From assembly GCF_043195095.1 (NCBI RefSeq), contig NZ_JBAFWN010000001.1: a DNA stretch of 64,000 bases; one strand, 5' to 3'. The notes below the pieces were generated by a model. It was not told the DNA's origin, ran no database searches, and saw only the letters and a program-made list of their open reading frames with translations. How positions within the stretch are numbered: position 1 is the first letter of the stretch; each line of letters opens with the position of its first letter. This document shows positions 43,997-54,640 of this stretch, one piece after another. Position numbers and translations under genes: made by a program. This DNA is from Xanthobacter sp. VTT E-85242. GTDB lineage: Bacteria > Pseudomonadota > Alphaproteobacteria > Rhizobiales > Xanthobacteraceae.

Positions 43997-45697
43997 TCAG
44001 GCGGCGCGGGGATTGGGCCTGCGGTCCGCGACCGCGATGCGATTGCGGCCCGCATTCTTGGCCTCGTACAGCGCCATATCGGCACGTTCGATCACCTCGT
44101 CCACGTCCTGGTCGCCAGGTTGCGCCAAGGCCGCCCCGAACGAGACCGTCACCGCGATCTCCTGCCCCTCGACGAGGACCCGGCTCGAACCGATGGCGCT
44201 GCGCATGCGCTCGGCGAGCGCCATCACGCCGGCGCGATCCACGTTTAGCAGCAGGACAACGAACTCCTCGCCACCGAAGCGCGCGACCCGGTCATGCTGG
44301 CGCAACGCCGCGCCGATGGAGGCCGCAACGCTGCGGATCACCGCGTCGCCTGCCGGGTGCCCATAGACATCGTTGACCAGCTTGAAATGGTCGATATCGG
44401 CCATCAGGATGCCCAGCCCGTCGCTGGTGCGCGACCCGTTGAGGGCAGCGTCTGCGACAGTGAGGAACGAGCGGCGGTTGAGCAAGCCGGTGAGCGGATC
44501 GGTATCGGCAAGCTGGCGCAGTTCTTCCATGTCCTGCTGATATTGCTCGGCCGACCTGATGATCTGCGCCTCCACAGAACCGAGCCGTCGCAGCAGGGCG
44601 CGCAGCGCGCCTGACAATTGCAGCACTTCCAGGCTGCCGCGCTGATGCGGCAGGTTGTTGGTGTGGGGATCGCGTCCGATGTGCGCGGCCGCCTGTGTCA
44701 GCGTCACCAGTGGACGCGCAATTTTCCGCGCGAACCAATAGGCGCCGAGAAAGGTCACTGGCAGGGCCAAAAGGCCGATGCCGAGAATGATGAGGGCAAG
44801 GCGCGTCGCGTCCGCGAAGGCCATCGTCGCGTCCTGGCGCGTGACCACGATCCAGCCAAGGCTCGGATAATCGCCATTGCGTCCCGTGACGGCAAAGCCG
44901 GTGAGCACGCGGTGCCCATCGCTCTTATCGACAAAGACCCCACTGCGCTCATCCATCATGGACGCGATGAGCTCGTCCGAAAATGGCTTCGGGTTCTCGG
45001 AATTGCCCAGCAGCACCCGCCCGTCGCGCCCGATAAGCCACACCGTGGTCGCCCCGTTCCTTGGCGCGATATCGCTCAGCAGCTTGGTCCACTTGACACT
45101 CAAATGCGCGCCGAGGGTCCCAAGGAGACGATTTTCGGGGGAATAGACCGGCAGGGATACATCGACGAAGCGCGTCGTATCGTCGACCTGAGGCAATGAC
45201 AGCAAGCGAGCGAGCTGTTCGCCTTCCTCCGCATCCCCGACCGAGGGCACGTTCAGTCCATTGCGGAACCAGTCGCGCGCGAGAACAGACGTACCTTCCA
45301 ACACGCGTCCCGTGGCGGCCAGGACGATACCGTCGGGATTGGCAAATCCGATCCAGACGTAGCGCGGCCGCGCCGTCTTCAATTGCTCGATGACTGCACG
45401 GACCTCGTCCGGGCTCTCTTCCCAGATGCGGCTCAAGGGACGCATGTCCGCGATCTGAAGGATGTCGCCATAGCGCTCGGAAAGGTCCAGATCGAGACGG
45501 TCCGCAAGGGAGGTGGCCTTTTCCGCCATTTCCGCCTTCAGATGCGCGATCAGCCCGCGCCGGCTGACGCCCGCGCTGGTAAGCGCGACGGCGGTCAGGG
45601 TGACGAGTCCGATGCTCGCCATGGCAAACGCCATCTGCTGGCCCACCGTCATGCGATCCTGCAAATGGTGCAGTCGCAGGCGCAACCGATGAAACAC
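43997..45697 (-). CDS. Membrane sensor diguanylate cyclase (periplasmic Cache-like sensor + GGDEF)
   Basis: N-terminal TM, about 250-aa periplasmic region, second TM, then GGDEF domain with RFGGEEF A-site. Confidence 0.8.
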   Translation of the reverse strand: MFHRLRLRLHHLQDRMTVGQQMAFAMASIGLVTLTAVALTSAGVSRRGLIAHLKAEMAEKATSLADRLDLDLSERYGDILQIADMRPLSRIWEESPDEVRAVIEQLKTARPRYVWIGFANPDGIVLAATGRVLEGTSVLARDWFRNGLNVPSVGDAEEGEQLARLLSLPQVDDTTRFVDVSLPVYSPENRLLGTLGAHLSVKWTKLLSDIAPRNGATTVWLIGRDGRVLLGNSENPKPFSDELIASMMDERSGVFVDKSDGHRVLTGFAVTGRNGDYPSLGWIVVTRQDATMAFADATRLALIILGIGLLALPVTFLGAYWFARKIARPLVTLTQAAAHIGRDPHTNNLPHQRGSLEVLQLSGALRALLRRLGSVEAQIIRSAEQYQQDMEELRQLADTDPLTGLLNRRSFLTVADAALNGSRTSDGLGILMADIDHFKLVNDVYGHPAGDAVIRSVAASIGAALRQHDRVARFGGEEFVVLLLNVDRAGVMALAERMRSAIGSSRVLVEGQEIAVTVSFGAALAQPGDQDVDEVIERADMALYEAKNAGRNRIAVADRRPNPRAA

Positions 45698-45864
45698 GCC
45701 AATTATCCTTCATTCACCCCGCACAGATCTCGCGCGATCGGTTTGTGAATGAACCTCAAGGCTTTCCTGAGGCTCGCACCTCGGGCTCCGGCCGACAGAC
45801 GAAGGCGCGGCCATCTCAATGGCCTCTAGATTGTAAGGCTAACTTATATTATGTAGCCCATATC

Positions 45865-46311
45865 ATGACCGAAACACCCCTCGGCTTCCTGCTCGTGGAC
45901 GCCGCCCGCCTCTATCGCGCAAGCATCGACCGCGCGTTCGAACAGACCGGCCTCGGGCTCACCGCCGGCGAGGCGCGCACCCTGGTCTATGCCGACCTGC
46001 ATCCCGGTCTGCGCCAGACCGCCCTGGCGGTGCGCATGAATGTGGAGCCCATGACCCTCGTGGGGTTCCTGGACAAGCTCGAAGCACAGGGGCTGATCTC
46101 CCGCGCGCCGGACCCGAGCGATCGCCGGGCCAAGACCGTCAATCTCACCCCCGCGGCGGATGCCATCCTCTCGTCGGTGCGCGCCTCCGCCGCCGGCGTG
46201 CGGATGCGCGCACTTGAAGGCCTGTCCGAGAGCGAGAAGGACACTTTCCGCAAGGCGCTCGAACAGATCCGCTCCAATCTCTGCCTGACCGCGAAGGACG
46301 ATGCGCAATGA
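45865..46311 (+). CDS. MarR-family transcriptional regulator
   Basis: 148 aa, winged-helix region ...LHPGLRQTALAVRMNVEPMTLVGFLDKLEAQGLISR...DRRAKTVNLT. 4-nt ATGA overlap with the downstream MFS gene. Confidence 0.75.
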   Translation: MTETPLGFLLVDAARLYRASIDRAFEQTGLGLTAGEARTLVYADLHPGLRQTALAVRMNVEPMTLVGFLDKLEAQGLISRAPDPSDRRAKTVNLTPAADAILSSVRASAAGVRMRALEGLSESEKDTFRKALEQIRSNLCLTAKDDAQ

Positions 46312-47618
46312 CCCCCGTCATGTCGCAAAATCGCACCGCCGTCATTGGCGCGCTGATCGTTGTGATCGGGCCGCTGTCGATGTCGCTCTATACGCCCGCT
46401 TTGCCCGCGCTGGTGCACGCATTCAATTCGACGCCGTCTGCCATGAAGCTGACCCTGAGCGTCTATTTCTGCGGCTTCGCCTTCTCTCAACTGCTGTGCG
46501 GCCCGCTGTCGGACGCGTTCGGCCGGCGGCCCGCCGCACTCGGCTTCTTCGCGGTCTATGTGGTGGGAAGCCTGGTCGCGGCGTTCGCGCCAGACATGGT
46601 GTGGCTGGTCATTGGGCGCGGACTCCAGGGGATAGGGGTGGCTGCCGGCCCGGCCATATCGCGTGCCATCGTGCGCGATCAGTTCACCGGGCAGGCCTCG
46701 GCGCGCATCCTCAACCTCATCGGGACCATGCTCGCCATCGGCCCGGCGCTGGCGCCTACCGTGGGCGGCGCGATCCTGGTGACGTTCGGGTGGCACCCGA
46801 TCTTTTTCGTGATGGTCGCGTACGGCGTCCTGGTGGTGTTGCTGCTGGCCTTTGGGGTGCCGGAAACCAACCGCCATCCCGAACCGGCCCAGGCGCGGCC
46901 GGCGCGCGTATTTGCCAATTACCGCACCTTGGTGCTCAATCGCGGCTTCATGCGCATGAGCCTGCTGATCGGCTTCACCCTAGGCGGCATCTATACGCTC
47001 GCCGCCATCCTGCCGTTCGTGCTGATCGAGAAGATCGGCCTCTCCCCGACCCAGTTCGGCTTCGCGATGATCTGCCAGACCGGATCCTACATGCTGGGCA
47101 CCATCGTGGCCGGGCGGCTGATGAAGAAGGTCGATGCCGTGCATCTGATCCCCGTCGGGCTTGGCTGCGCGCTGGTGGCGGCCGCCGGGCTCGTGCTGGT
47201 TCCGCCGCTATTTCCCCATGCCTTTCTCGGCGTCATGGGGCCGGTGGCCCTGTGGGCGTTCGGCGTCGCGATGCTGCTGCCTGGCGCCACGACGCTCGGG
47301 CTTGCCGGATTTCCCACCATGGCCGGCTCGGCCGCCGCGCTGATGGGCTTCATGCAGATTGGCGGCGGTTTCGTCGGCTCTCTGGTCGCGAGCACGTTTG
47401 GCGATCCCGGTGCCGCGCTGATGCTGGTGGTGCCGGGCATGGCCACCATCGCCCTGCTTTGCTTCGTGCTGCTGCGGCCGCGCCGTGGCGCTGCGGAACC
47501 CGCGGTCACCCCGGGCATGGTGGATGAGGGAGACCTTGAGATCGCGACCGATCCCGCCGGCCTGGTTGGTGCGGCCGGCGACGAGATCGAAACCCGCATC
47601 TTTCGCAAATCCGCCTGA
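46308..47618 (+). CDS. MFS drug efflux transporter, Bcr/CflA type (12 TM)
   Basis: Motif A-like GPLSDAFGRRP, 12 predicted TMs, 436 aa. Confidence 0.8.
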   Translation: MTPVMSQNRTAVIGALIVVIGPLSMSLYTPALPALVHAFNSTPSAMKLTLSVYFCGFAFSQLLCGPLSDAFGRRPAALGFFAVYVVGSLVAAFAPDMVWLVIGRGLQGIGVAAGPAISRAIVRDQFTGQASARILNLIGTMLAIGPALAPTVGGAILVTFGWHPIFFVMVAYGVLVVLLLAFGVPETNRHPEPAQARPARVFANYRTLVLNRGFMRMSLLIGFTLGGIYTLAAILPFVLIEKIGLSPTQFGFAMICQTGSYMLGTIVAGRLMKKVDAVHLIPVGLGCALVAAAGLVLVPPLFPHAFLGVMGPVALWAFGVAMLLPGATTLGLAGFPTMAGSAAALMGFMQIGGGFVGSLVASTFGDPGAALMLVVPGMATIALLCFVLLRPRRGAAEPAVTPGMVDEGDLEIATDPAGLVGAAGDEIETRIFRKSA

Positions 47619-47665
47619 TCGCCGGGCAAGGCGGCCCGGTGTCATCCACCGGCCCGCCGGTCGCT

Positions 47666-49000
47666 TCAATCATGATCGCCGTGCGACAGGCGGATGCGGC
47701 GCACGAGCGACCACACCGCCAGCACCGCCACCGGCACGGCCAGCGCAGTGACGAGACCAGGTTCCAACTCCAGCCCCACCGCCGCGTCGAGATGCCCTTC
47801 GTGCAGGCCCTCCGCCAGCAGATGGACAAGGCTGACCACATAATAAGAGATCGCCGCCACGGAGAGCCCTTCCACCGTGCGCTGCAAGCGCAATTGCAGG
47901 CGGGTGCGCTCGTTCATGGAAGTGAGCAGGTCGCGGTTCTGCTGCTCCAGTTCCACGTCCACGCGGGTGCGCAGCAGATCGGCGGCACGGGCGAGCTTGG
48001 CGGAAATGTTGGCCTGGCGCTCCTCCACCGACAGGCAGGTGCGCATGGCCGGCGCCATCCGTCGTTCCAGGAATTGCTGCCAGGTGGGAAAACCCGCGAC
48101 CTGTTCCTCGCGGATGATGGCGAGGCGCAGACGCACGATTTCCGAATAGGCCCGGCTGGCACCGAAGCGGAACAGCGATGCGGTGGCCCCGGCCTCCAGC
48201 TCGGCCGCGAGCGCGACCAGTTCGTCGAGCAAGGCGTTATTGGCCGCCAACCCCTCGGACTGCCGCATCTCGTTGGTGGCCTGGGCAAGGCGTGCCTCGA
48301 TCTTGCCGATCTGCGGCGCGAGACGTTGGGCCTCCGGCAGGCCGAGCAGGGCGAGCAGGCGATAGGTTTCGATCTCCAGCACGCGCTGCACCAGCGCGCC
48401 GGCGCCCTCCGCCCCGAGACCGCGGTCCCGCACCAGGATGCGCACGAAGCCCGAGGGGTCCGGCTTGAAATCCGTGACGATCTCGGCCGCATTGTTGACC
48501 ACGTCGGATCGCGCAAGGCTCGCGCGGTCAAAGACCGCATCGAGCTGCAGGTCTTCCGCCGTATCGGTCGCGAGATGGAGATCCACCGCCACCAGCAGCG
48601 GACCGGGCGCGGGAATCTGCGTCAGCGGCCCCGACAGCACCAGCGCCGGCGGGTGGAAGGGCAGCACGCCCGGACCCAGCTCGCTTGAAGGAAAATCCCA
48701 GGTATAGGTCGAGAATTCCGCATGGCTCTCCCACCGCAGCGTCGCGCCGCCGAAGGAAACGCGATGATGCTTGGCGCCGGGCGGCGGCCCCTGAACACCG
48801 CGCGCGACGCACAGATCGTTCACCGCCGCACGCGCCGCTTGGGCGTTTGCGGGATCGGTGAGGAAAGCCACGTGCAGGAAACGGCGCGGGGTCTCCACCG
48901 GGAAGAAGGGGCGAGCATGCAATTCCCCCAGCACCGCCGCGCGCAGGGGATGCGCCTCCAGGATTTTCCCTTCGCCGATGCCGAGATCCGCCGTGCCCAT
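47666..49000 (-). CDS. DUF3422-family membrane-anchored protein
   Basis: HPLRAAVLGELHARPF N-terminal signature, C-terminal 2 TM. Start moved to the ATG at 49000 (the track ORF extends to 49288 with an Arg-rich leader). Confidence 0.55.
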   Translation of the reverse strand: MGTADLGIGEGKILEAHPLRAAVLGELHARPFFPVETPRRFLHVAFLTDPANAQAARAAVNDLCVARGVQGPPPGAKHHRVSFGGATLRWESHAEFSTYTWDFPSSELGPGVLPFHPPALVLSGPLTQIPAPGPLLVAVDLHLATDTAEDLQLDAVFDRASLARSDVVNNAAEIVTDFKPDPSGFVRILVRDRGLGAEGAGALVQRVLEIETYRLLALLGLPEAQRLAPQIGKIEARLAQATNEMRQSEGLAANNALLDELVALAAELEAGATASLFRFGASRAYSEIVRLRLAIIREEQVAGFPTWQQFLERRMAPAMRTCLSVEERQANISAKLARAADLLRTRVDVELEQQNRDLLTSMNERTRLQLRLQRTVEGLSVAAISYYVVSLVHLLAEGLHEGHLDAAVGLELEPGLVTALAVPVAVLAVWSLVRRIRLSHGDHD

Positions 49001-49173
49001 TCTCTTCCCGTCTCCGCTCGAAGCCACGCGACCGGCGGGCGGGCCGGTGCGATTGCTGGCGCCCATGCGGTGCTTGCACGCCGCCGCCCCGCTTTCAAGC
49101 GCGCGTGATGATGCAGCGCGGCGGAGCCGGCGCAGTTTGCCGGCCCTTGACCCTCGCCGATCCTGCCATTGCC

Positions 49174-49842
49174 TCAACCCGCCGTCAGCCCCGATAGGTG
49201 GGATGTGTCGTTGAGGCGCAGCAGCTTGGCGGCCGTGCCGCTCCATTCGATTACGTTCAGGTTGCACGGCTCCTGCGCGAACCGCCAATAAGCCGAGAGC
49301 GGCAGGTCCAGCAGATGGGTCAACAGCACCCGGTTGACGCTGTCATGGCCCACCAGCACCACCGTTTCGCCGGCATGTGCGGCCTCCAGGCGGCGGATCA
49401 GGTCGGCGGCGCGAACCGCCAGATCCTGCAGCGATTCCCCCATGGGAAAGCGCATGAGCTGCGGCGCCTCGTGCCAAAGTGCATAGAGATCAGGAAATGC
49501 GGCCTTCACCTCCGCGTGGGTCTGCCATTGCCATTGGCCGTAATCAATGTCGCTCAGCGCATCGTCGGCTTCGCTCGATACGCCGCAGGCGGCGGCGATG
49601 GCGGTGCCCGTGGCGATGCAGCGGCCGAGCGTGCTGGTATAGACCTTCACCGGCTTCCAGGTGGCGGCGATGCGCTGCGCCACCGCCAGCGCCTCCTGCT
49701 CGCCGATCGGTGACAGGGCCACCTCGATGCGGCCGCGGAAGCGTTCCGGCTTGATGCCCGGCACATGGCCATGGCGGGTGAGGATGAGAGTGGTCAAGGA
49801 AACTCCCGCGTTAGGATTCGCCGGGAAGCTTAGCATTGGCAT
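49174..49842 (-). CDS. Histidine phosphatase (phosphoglycerate-mutase-like) family protein
   Basis: LILTRHGH catalytic RHG motif, later His in VLVGHDSV. Confidence 0.7.
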   Translation of the reverse strand: MPMLSFPANPNAGVSLTTLILTRHGHVPGIKPERFRGRIEVALSPIGEQEALAVAQRIAATWKPVKVYTSTLGRCIATGTAIAAACGVSSEADDALSDIDYGQWQWQTHAEVKAAFPDLYALWHEAPQLMRFPMGESLQDLAVRAADLIRRLEAAHAGETVVLVGHDSVNRVLLTHLLDLPLSAYWRFAQEPCNLNVIEWSGTAAKLLRLNDTSHLSGLTAG

Positions 49843-50037
49843 GGGGGCGACGGCGTGACAGCGCAAACGAGCATGCGGAGCGCCCTCGCCGCAGCCGGCG
49901 CGGGGCGTGTCAGACCTTCCACGCCGATGATCCCGCTCGTCCCGGCGACGTGAAGAACGGAACCGTCTGGCTGCCGAGGACTTGTCCTAGCGAGCCGCCA
50001 CGCGTGCGTCGGCGCAATCCTCCACATCGAAAGGTTC

Positions 50038-50397
50038 ATGATGCGGAAAATCGCTATTTTCGCTGCCCTTATGGTCGCGACCTCCCCAGCGGCAATGCTC
50101 TCCACCGCCCAGGCGCAGCCCGCCGGACCGCCGGGTTACCATCATGCCGCGCCGCCCCCTGGCCCCCATGGCGCGCCTGCTTATCACCATCCGCCGCATG
50201 CCCCAGCCCACCCCAACGCATGGCGCAAGAAAGGTGGGCACGTTCCGCATGGCCATGGACAGGTGGTCACGGATTATCGCCGCCACGGCCTGCGCCAGCC
50301 GCCACGCGGCTATCATTGGGTGCGTGACGGAAACAATTATATCCTCGCAGGCATCACCAGCGGGATCATTTCCAGCATCCTGAACGCCACACGATAA
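50038..50397 (+). CDS. RcnB-family periplasmic protein with His/Pro-rich region
   Basis: Signal peptide, HHAAPPPGPHGAPAYHHPPHAPAHP, C-terminal GYHWVRDGNNYILAGITSGIISSIL matches the RcnB/YohN core. Confidence 0.65.
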   Translation: MMRKIAIFAALMVATSPAAMLSTAQAQPAGPPGYHHAAPPPGPHGAPAYHHPPHAPAHPNAWRKKGGHVPHGHGQVVTDYRRHGLRQPPRGYHWVRDGNNYILAGITSGIISSILNATR

Positions 50398-50456
50398 TGG
50401 GGCGATGGCCGGGGGCTCCGGCCGCGCTTGCCAGATGTTCTGTCTTCGCGTCGAGT

Positions 50457-51215
50457 TTAGTTCTCGTCGTCATCCGGAGGCAGCCGGTTTACGTCCTTCC
50501 GCGCGTGTACCGGCGCGAGGCCTGACCCAAGGCCAGCGCCGGTACCGCCGCCCATTCCTCCACTGCCTCCCTTGTCCCCGCCTCCCCGGCGGGATCCCTC
50601 ATCGCCCCGCTCGGCCTTTCCCTTTCCGCCCGCGCCGGAGGGGCGCGTAGGGCCTTGCATGGGAATGTCCAGGTCCGGGGGGACGGGATCCAGATCAAGA
50701 GCGGCGCGCACGAAGTCGCGCAGCGACACGACCAATTCGTGAGTGTGGACGGGCCGGCCGGCAATCAGTTCGCGCACCGCTTGCGCCGCAAGGCGGACCT
50801 GCTGGTCGGTGCCGAGCAGGATGATGTCCGACAAGGCCGCTTCCACCGCATCCCGAACGCGTCGGCCACGCTCCGAGCCCATGGGCAAATCCAGCACCTC
50901 CGCAGACATAGCCTCCGCGCCGATGTCCCCGCCGCGTCGGCGCAGATCGCGCAGATGCGTGGGATCGACGGTGAGATCTCCCGTGAACGAACCGCCGAGG
51001 GTCTTGTAGGCCGCGATCAGCGTGCGCAGGCGCTCATTGATCTGCCGGTTCATGCGCTCGCGGCGTTGCTGGATGGTGAACATCACCACCAAGCGAATGC
51101 CGACGCCGATAAGCGTGACCAATGCCAGGCCGATCAGCGTCACCAGCAGGCTCTCCCAGGAGCTGAAATCGAGGTTTCGCAGGGGTGCCTCCACGATTGG
51201 GCGGGGAAAACGCAC
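50457..51215 (-). CDS. Hypothetical single-TM protein with Gly-rich acidic C-terminus
   Basis: TM WESLLVTLIGLALVTLIGVGIRLVVMF, tail GGGDKGGSGGMGGGTGAGLGSG. Start uncertain. Confidence 0.4.
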   Translation of the reverse strand: MRFPRPIVEAPLRNLDFSSWESLLVTLIGLALVTLIGVGIRLVVMFTIQQRRERMNRQINERLRTLIAAYKTLGGSFTGDLTVDPTHLRDLRRRGGDIGAEAMSAEVLDLPMGSERGRRVRDAVEAALSDIILLGTDQQVRLAAQAVRELIAGRPVHTHELVVSLRDFVRAALDLDPVPPDLDIPMQGPTRPSGAGGKGKAERGDEGSRRGGGDKGGSGGMGGGTGAGLGSGLAPVHARKDVNRLPPDDDEN

Positions 51216-51696
51216 GGTCTGGAAACAGGCCGCCGGACCTTGCGCTAAAGATCATAGGCAAAACCGGGATCCTCTTCGCGGAAATTACATATTTCTTCCG
51301 CCGTCCATGGCGAAAACGCCCTGGAGTGCCAATCGGATCCGTGGGCTCTCCCAGCCAATCCCACCGGTCACAAATGCCGCAGCACGCGCACCGCCCGGTG
51401 CCGAGGTAACGAGCATCACGCGCGCAGCACCAAGTCAAAACTTGCCAATTTGGAGGAGACCGGCTGCACGATGAGAGGCCGTCGATGACACTAAGGCCGC
51501 CTTGATCCCAACGCTTCCCTCTCGCAATAGCCCCGTGGGTACCCATGTATATGCAATTAACATGCGAAGTCAGCCGAACCTCGCCCCCTCAGCATGGTCC
51601 GCCTCTGCCGGGACAACACGATGCTTGACCCATTAAGCTCTCGAATTGTACGATTTGCGTAACGACACACGACATTCAGCGCCGAAGACTTAACCC

Positions 51697-52518
51697 ATGA
51701 CGAAAACTACGATTTCAGTTGGTTGCATTGGCGGCAGTGGATCGCGTGTGGTTGCGAGAATACTGAAATCTTGCGGGTATTTCATCGGCGAGGATTTAAA
51801 CGAGGAGATGGACAACCTGTGGTTTACCCTCTTATTCAAGAGGCTGTCAGTCCTGGTAGAAGAGCTTGATAGAATCAAATTCCTGTACGCAAACTTCTAC
51901 CACAGGATGCGCTACGGCGATCTGCCATCCCACGAAATCAAGGATATTCTAGCAAATCTTTCCGTCAGAGATCGGATTGTCCACGATCCGGATTGGCTCG
52001 CCGCACGTATGCGCTCGTTCCTGAATGAGCGCGGAGGCGCCGTTGATAAAATGGCATGGAAGGAACCCAATACGCACATCGTTGTCGATCGGCTCCTGAC
52101 CATCGACCCCGATTTGCGTTACATCCACATCACGCGCAGCGGCCTCGACATGGCGTATAGCGCCAATCTGAACCAACTGCTGCTTTGGGGAGCCACTTTC
52201 CTGGACCGGCCGGTAGTGTTGGGTCCCAGAGACGCCTTATCGTACTGGGTCGCTGTGGAGCAGCGCATGAGGAGGCTTCAGAAGAGCTATCCTGGCCGTA
52301 TATTGATCGTCAGCTACGAGGAGCTTGCCTTCAGGCCGAAGGACGTCGTCGCCGAAATCCTCCACTTCTGCGGGGAAAGCGATATGATACGGGCCGCGGA
52401 TGCCGCCGAAATCGTCATCCCTGCCGGCAGTATAGGGCGGCACAAGTCTCAGGACCTCGGCGCTCTCCTGCAGCAAGATGTCGATTACGCCAAAGCCATA
52501 GCAGCCCGCAGCGTGTGA
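51697..52518 (+). CDS. Sulfotransferase-family protein (putative), in low-GC island
   Basis: P-loop-like 5'-PSB region VGCIGGSGSRVV, 3'-PB-like IHITRSGLDMAYS. Markedly lower GC than flanks. Family assignment by eye only. Confidence 0.5.
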   Translation: MTKTTISVGCIGGSGSRVVARILKSCGYFIGEDLNEEMDNLWFTLLFKRLSVLVEELDRIKFLYANFYHRMRYGDLPSHEIKDILANLSVRDRIVHDPDWLAARMRSFLNERGGAVDKMAWKEPNTHIVVDRLLTIDPDLRYIHITRSGLDMAYSANLNQLLLWGATFLDRPVVLGPRDALSYWVAVEQRMRRLQKSYPGRILIVSYEELAFRPKDVVAEILHFCGESDMIRAADAAEIVIPAGSIGRHKSQDLGALLQQDVDYAKAIAARSV

Positions 52519-52622
52519 CACGAGCTTCCGGCGCGCTTTGTACTTGAAGCGATCTCCGGATCTCATGCCGCGACGGCCGGCGGAGCTTTCTCCAGCCGCC
52601 AGTTACATCCCTTGAAGCACAA

Positions 52623-54593
52623 TCAAGGCGCACTTCCGTTTTCCGGAAATGACAGCCGGTATAGCCGCATATGGTAATGCGGTTGCCATAGCCAATCCGC
52701 AAGCCCCTCGGACCGTATGCTGACGGAGACCGGCCGGGGTGCATCGGGCGCCCCCTTGGGCAGCGCGGCGAAATCGGATGCGCCGCTGACAACCGGCGAG
52801 ATGACGAAGCCCGTCTCCCCCATTCGGTAGATGTAACGATAATCGCGTTCGGCCCCATCAGGAAAACGGTAGGTTATGAATAAGCGCGGAGACTTATAAA
52901 CTAGTCCCCAGATCTGCCCGATGAGGGACGGACGTATTTCGATCTCCGCCCAAATTACCGAACCCGCCTCCCGCGGCAGATCCATTCTTTGTCCAAAACT
53001 CAGCCTGTCCTCGCCCAGTGGCTCCAGACGGAAGCTGCCCGGCGTGGCGCGGCGCTGTAAGATCGTGGCGTCGGACCCATAGGGCGACAGATGCAGGAAT
53101 TGGAGAGGGTGATAAAGGCTCAGCAGCAGAGGCCAGCTATTCCCGTCCTCCAACATGGGAAGTCGGCCGTCAATGGGCTGAACGGAGAAGATGATGTTGC
53201 GAGGATGCTGCGATCCGATCAAATGGTCAGCATCCTTCCGCAGCAATTGTGGCGTATAAGCCGAATAGCTTTGAAGCACCGGGCGCGGCCGCCATTCCAA
53301 TCCAGCGGCAAGCAAGGCCGATTGCGTGAAGGAATAGGCGTCCGTCGGCCCCTTCAGAGCAGGCAATGGAGCCGCGGCCCGGATTTTTTCCAAGCTTTCC
53401 AAGTATTGCGCATCCAGGGTGCCGGGTCGGGCGAGCCGCAGATACAAGCCTTCCCCCGCACGATAGAAAGGGAGCAATATCTCTGCGGCAGGTTTCCAGG
53501 CCATCGTAATCGCCAGCCAGCAGGCAAACGTGACGCCAAGACTGAGCCGTGCCCGGCCGGGCACGGCCAGCATCAGCCCGGCCCAGCAGACCAGGATCGC
53601 CATGCCTGCCGCTGCCGAGGGGTGGCGCCCCCCTTGCCGCACGAACCCCTCCTTGTATGCCAGGAACAGCAGCAGAGCCATGCCCAGCAACAGGATCTTG
53701 CCGGTCATCCCGCCCCCGAGATGACGCAAATGCAGAATGTAAAGAAATGCACAGGCCACGAAGAATATAATAATATGCCAGTATGGCCCCGGGACAGACA
53801 TGGCATCGGAATAGCCGGATATGATGTACCACTCGGAAACAAAATAATCCGGCAAAGCCGAAATCTCCTGGGAACTGACAACCCAGAGCATCGGAATGCT
53901 CGCCATGAAAATGGCGAGACAGGCCAGGGCAAGGCGCCGCTTTCCCGCCCATGTCATCATCATGGTCGAGAAAAGAACCATGCAGAGCGCCGACACGGCG
54001 GAGGTGCCCTTCACCAGCACCAGCATCGCGAGCGCCGGCATCATCAGAGGCAGAACCATTTGCCGCCAATTTTGCGCAGGCATCGTCAGTGAAGAAGCGA
54101 TTCGGTAGGCGAGCAGAAGCGCGAGCAACGGCACCGCCATCAGCTGCGGATCCTTGTCTACCAACGGCAGGAACAGCGCGAACCCCACCGCAGGTCGCCA
54201 TGCGCGCGCGCCCACCACCGCCAGCAGCGCGCAGATGGCCGTCACCGCCAGCAGCACTCCTCCAAAGATCGCCAATCCATCGGTTTCCGGCATATAAAGC
54301 GCGGTGTAGATCGGGGCAAAAGGCCCGAAGGTGAAGGTTAACGGCCGGCCGACGAGACCTTGGCTCGTCGCCGCGTTCATCCCGAGCTGCCATCCGCCTC
54401 CCAGGGTTGCAATCGGAAAGATCGGCGCCAAGGGGACGAATGCGGAAATGCAGCCCCACACTATGGCAAGGACGGCGCAAACCTTTAAAAATCCGTCCAG
54501 CGGACGTGTCTCGTTTTCAACCACAGTGACAATAGCCAATTGATTCTGGAAGGATCGGAAGATATTTCCCGCCCGCAGACTATGCCGCCCCAA
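52623..54593 (-). CDS. Large polytopic integral membrane protein (about 13-14 TM in the N-terminal 380 aa + about 270-aa soluble C-terminal domain), possibly a GT-C-like glycosyl/other transferase
   Basis: Hydrophobicity pattern only. No catalytic motif identified. Confidence 0.45.
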   Translation of the reverse strand: MGRHSLRAGNIFRSFQNQLAIVTVVENETRPLDGFLKVCAVLAIVWGCISAFVPLAPIFPIATLGGGWQLGMNAATSQGLVGRPLTFTFGPFAPIYTALYMPETDGLAIFGGVLLAVTAICALLAVVGARAWRPAVGFALFLPLVDKDPQLMAVPLLALLLAYRIASSLTMPAQNWRQMVLPLMMPALAMLVLVKGTSAVSALCMVLFSTMMMTWAGKRRLALACLAIFMASIPMLWVVSSQEISALPDYFVSEWYIISGYSDAMSVPGPYWHIIIFFVACAFLYILHLRHLGGGMTGKILLLGMALLLFLAYKEGFVRQGGRHPSAAAGMAILVCWAGLMLAVPGRARLSLGVTFACWLAITMAWKPAAEILLPFYRAGEGLYLRLARPGTLDAQYLESLEKIRAAAPLPALKGPTDAYSFTQSALLAAGLEWRPRPVLQSYSAYTPQLLRKDADHLIGSQHPRNIIFSVQPIDGRLPMLEDGNSWPLLLSLYHPLQFLHLSPYGSDATILQRRATPGSFRLEPLGEDRLSFGQRMDLPREAGSVIWAEIEIRPSLIGQIWGLVYKSPRLFITYRFPDGAERDYRYIYRMGETGFVISPVVSGASDFAALPKGAPDAPRPVSVSIRSEGLADWLWQPHYHMRLYRLSFPENGSAP

Positions 54594-54640
54594 GGGTCAG
54601 GTAAACCGGCGGGACCGGGAGGGGCTCAATTCCGCTCTGA

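Noticed and set aside
47666-49288. N-terminal 96-aa extension of the DUF3422 ORF; similar leader extensions on the qor, rlmN-adjacent and OMP ORFs
   Set aside because: The extensions are Arg/Ala/Gly-rich with no hydrophobic or conserved features. Internal ATGs give N-termini matching the family (e.g. HPLRAAVLGELHARPF).
51240-51696. tRNA or integrase remnant at the left border of the low-GC island
   Set aside because: Scanned by eye for tRNA-like acceptor/TΨC features and for integrase ORFs. None recognisable. The border may be defined only by composition.
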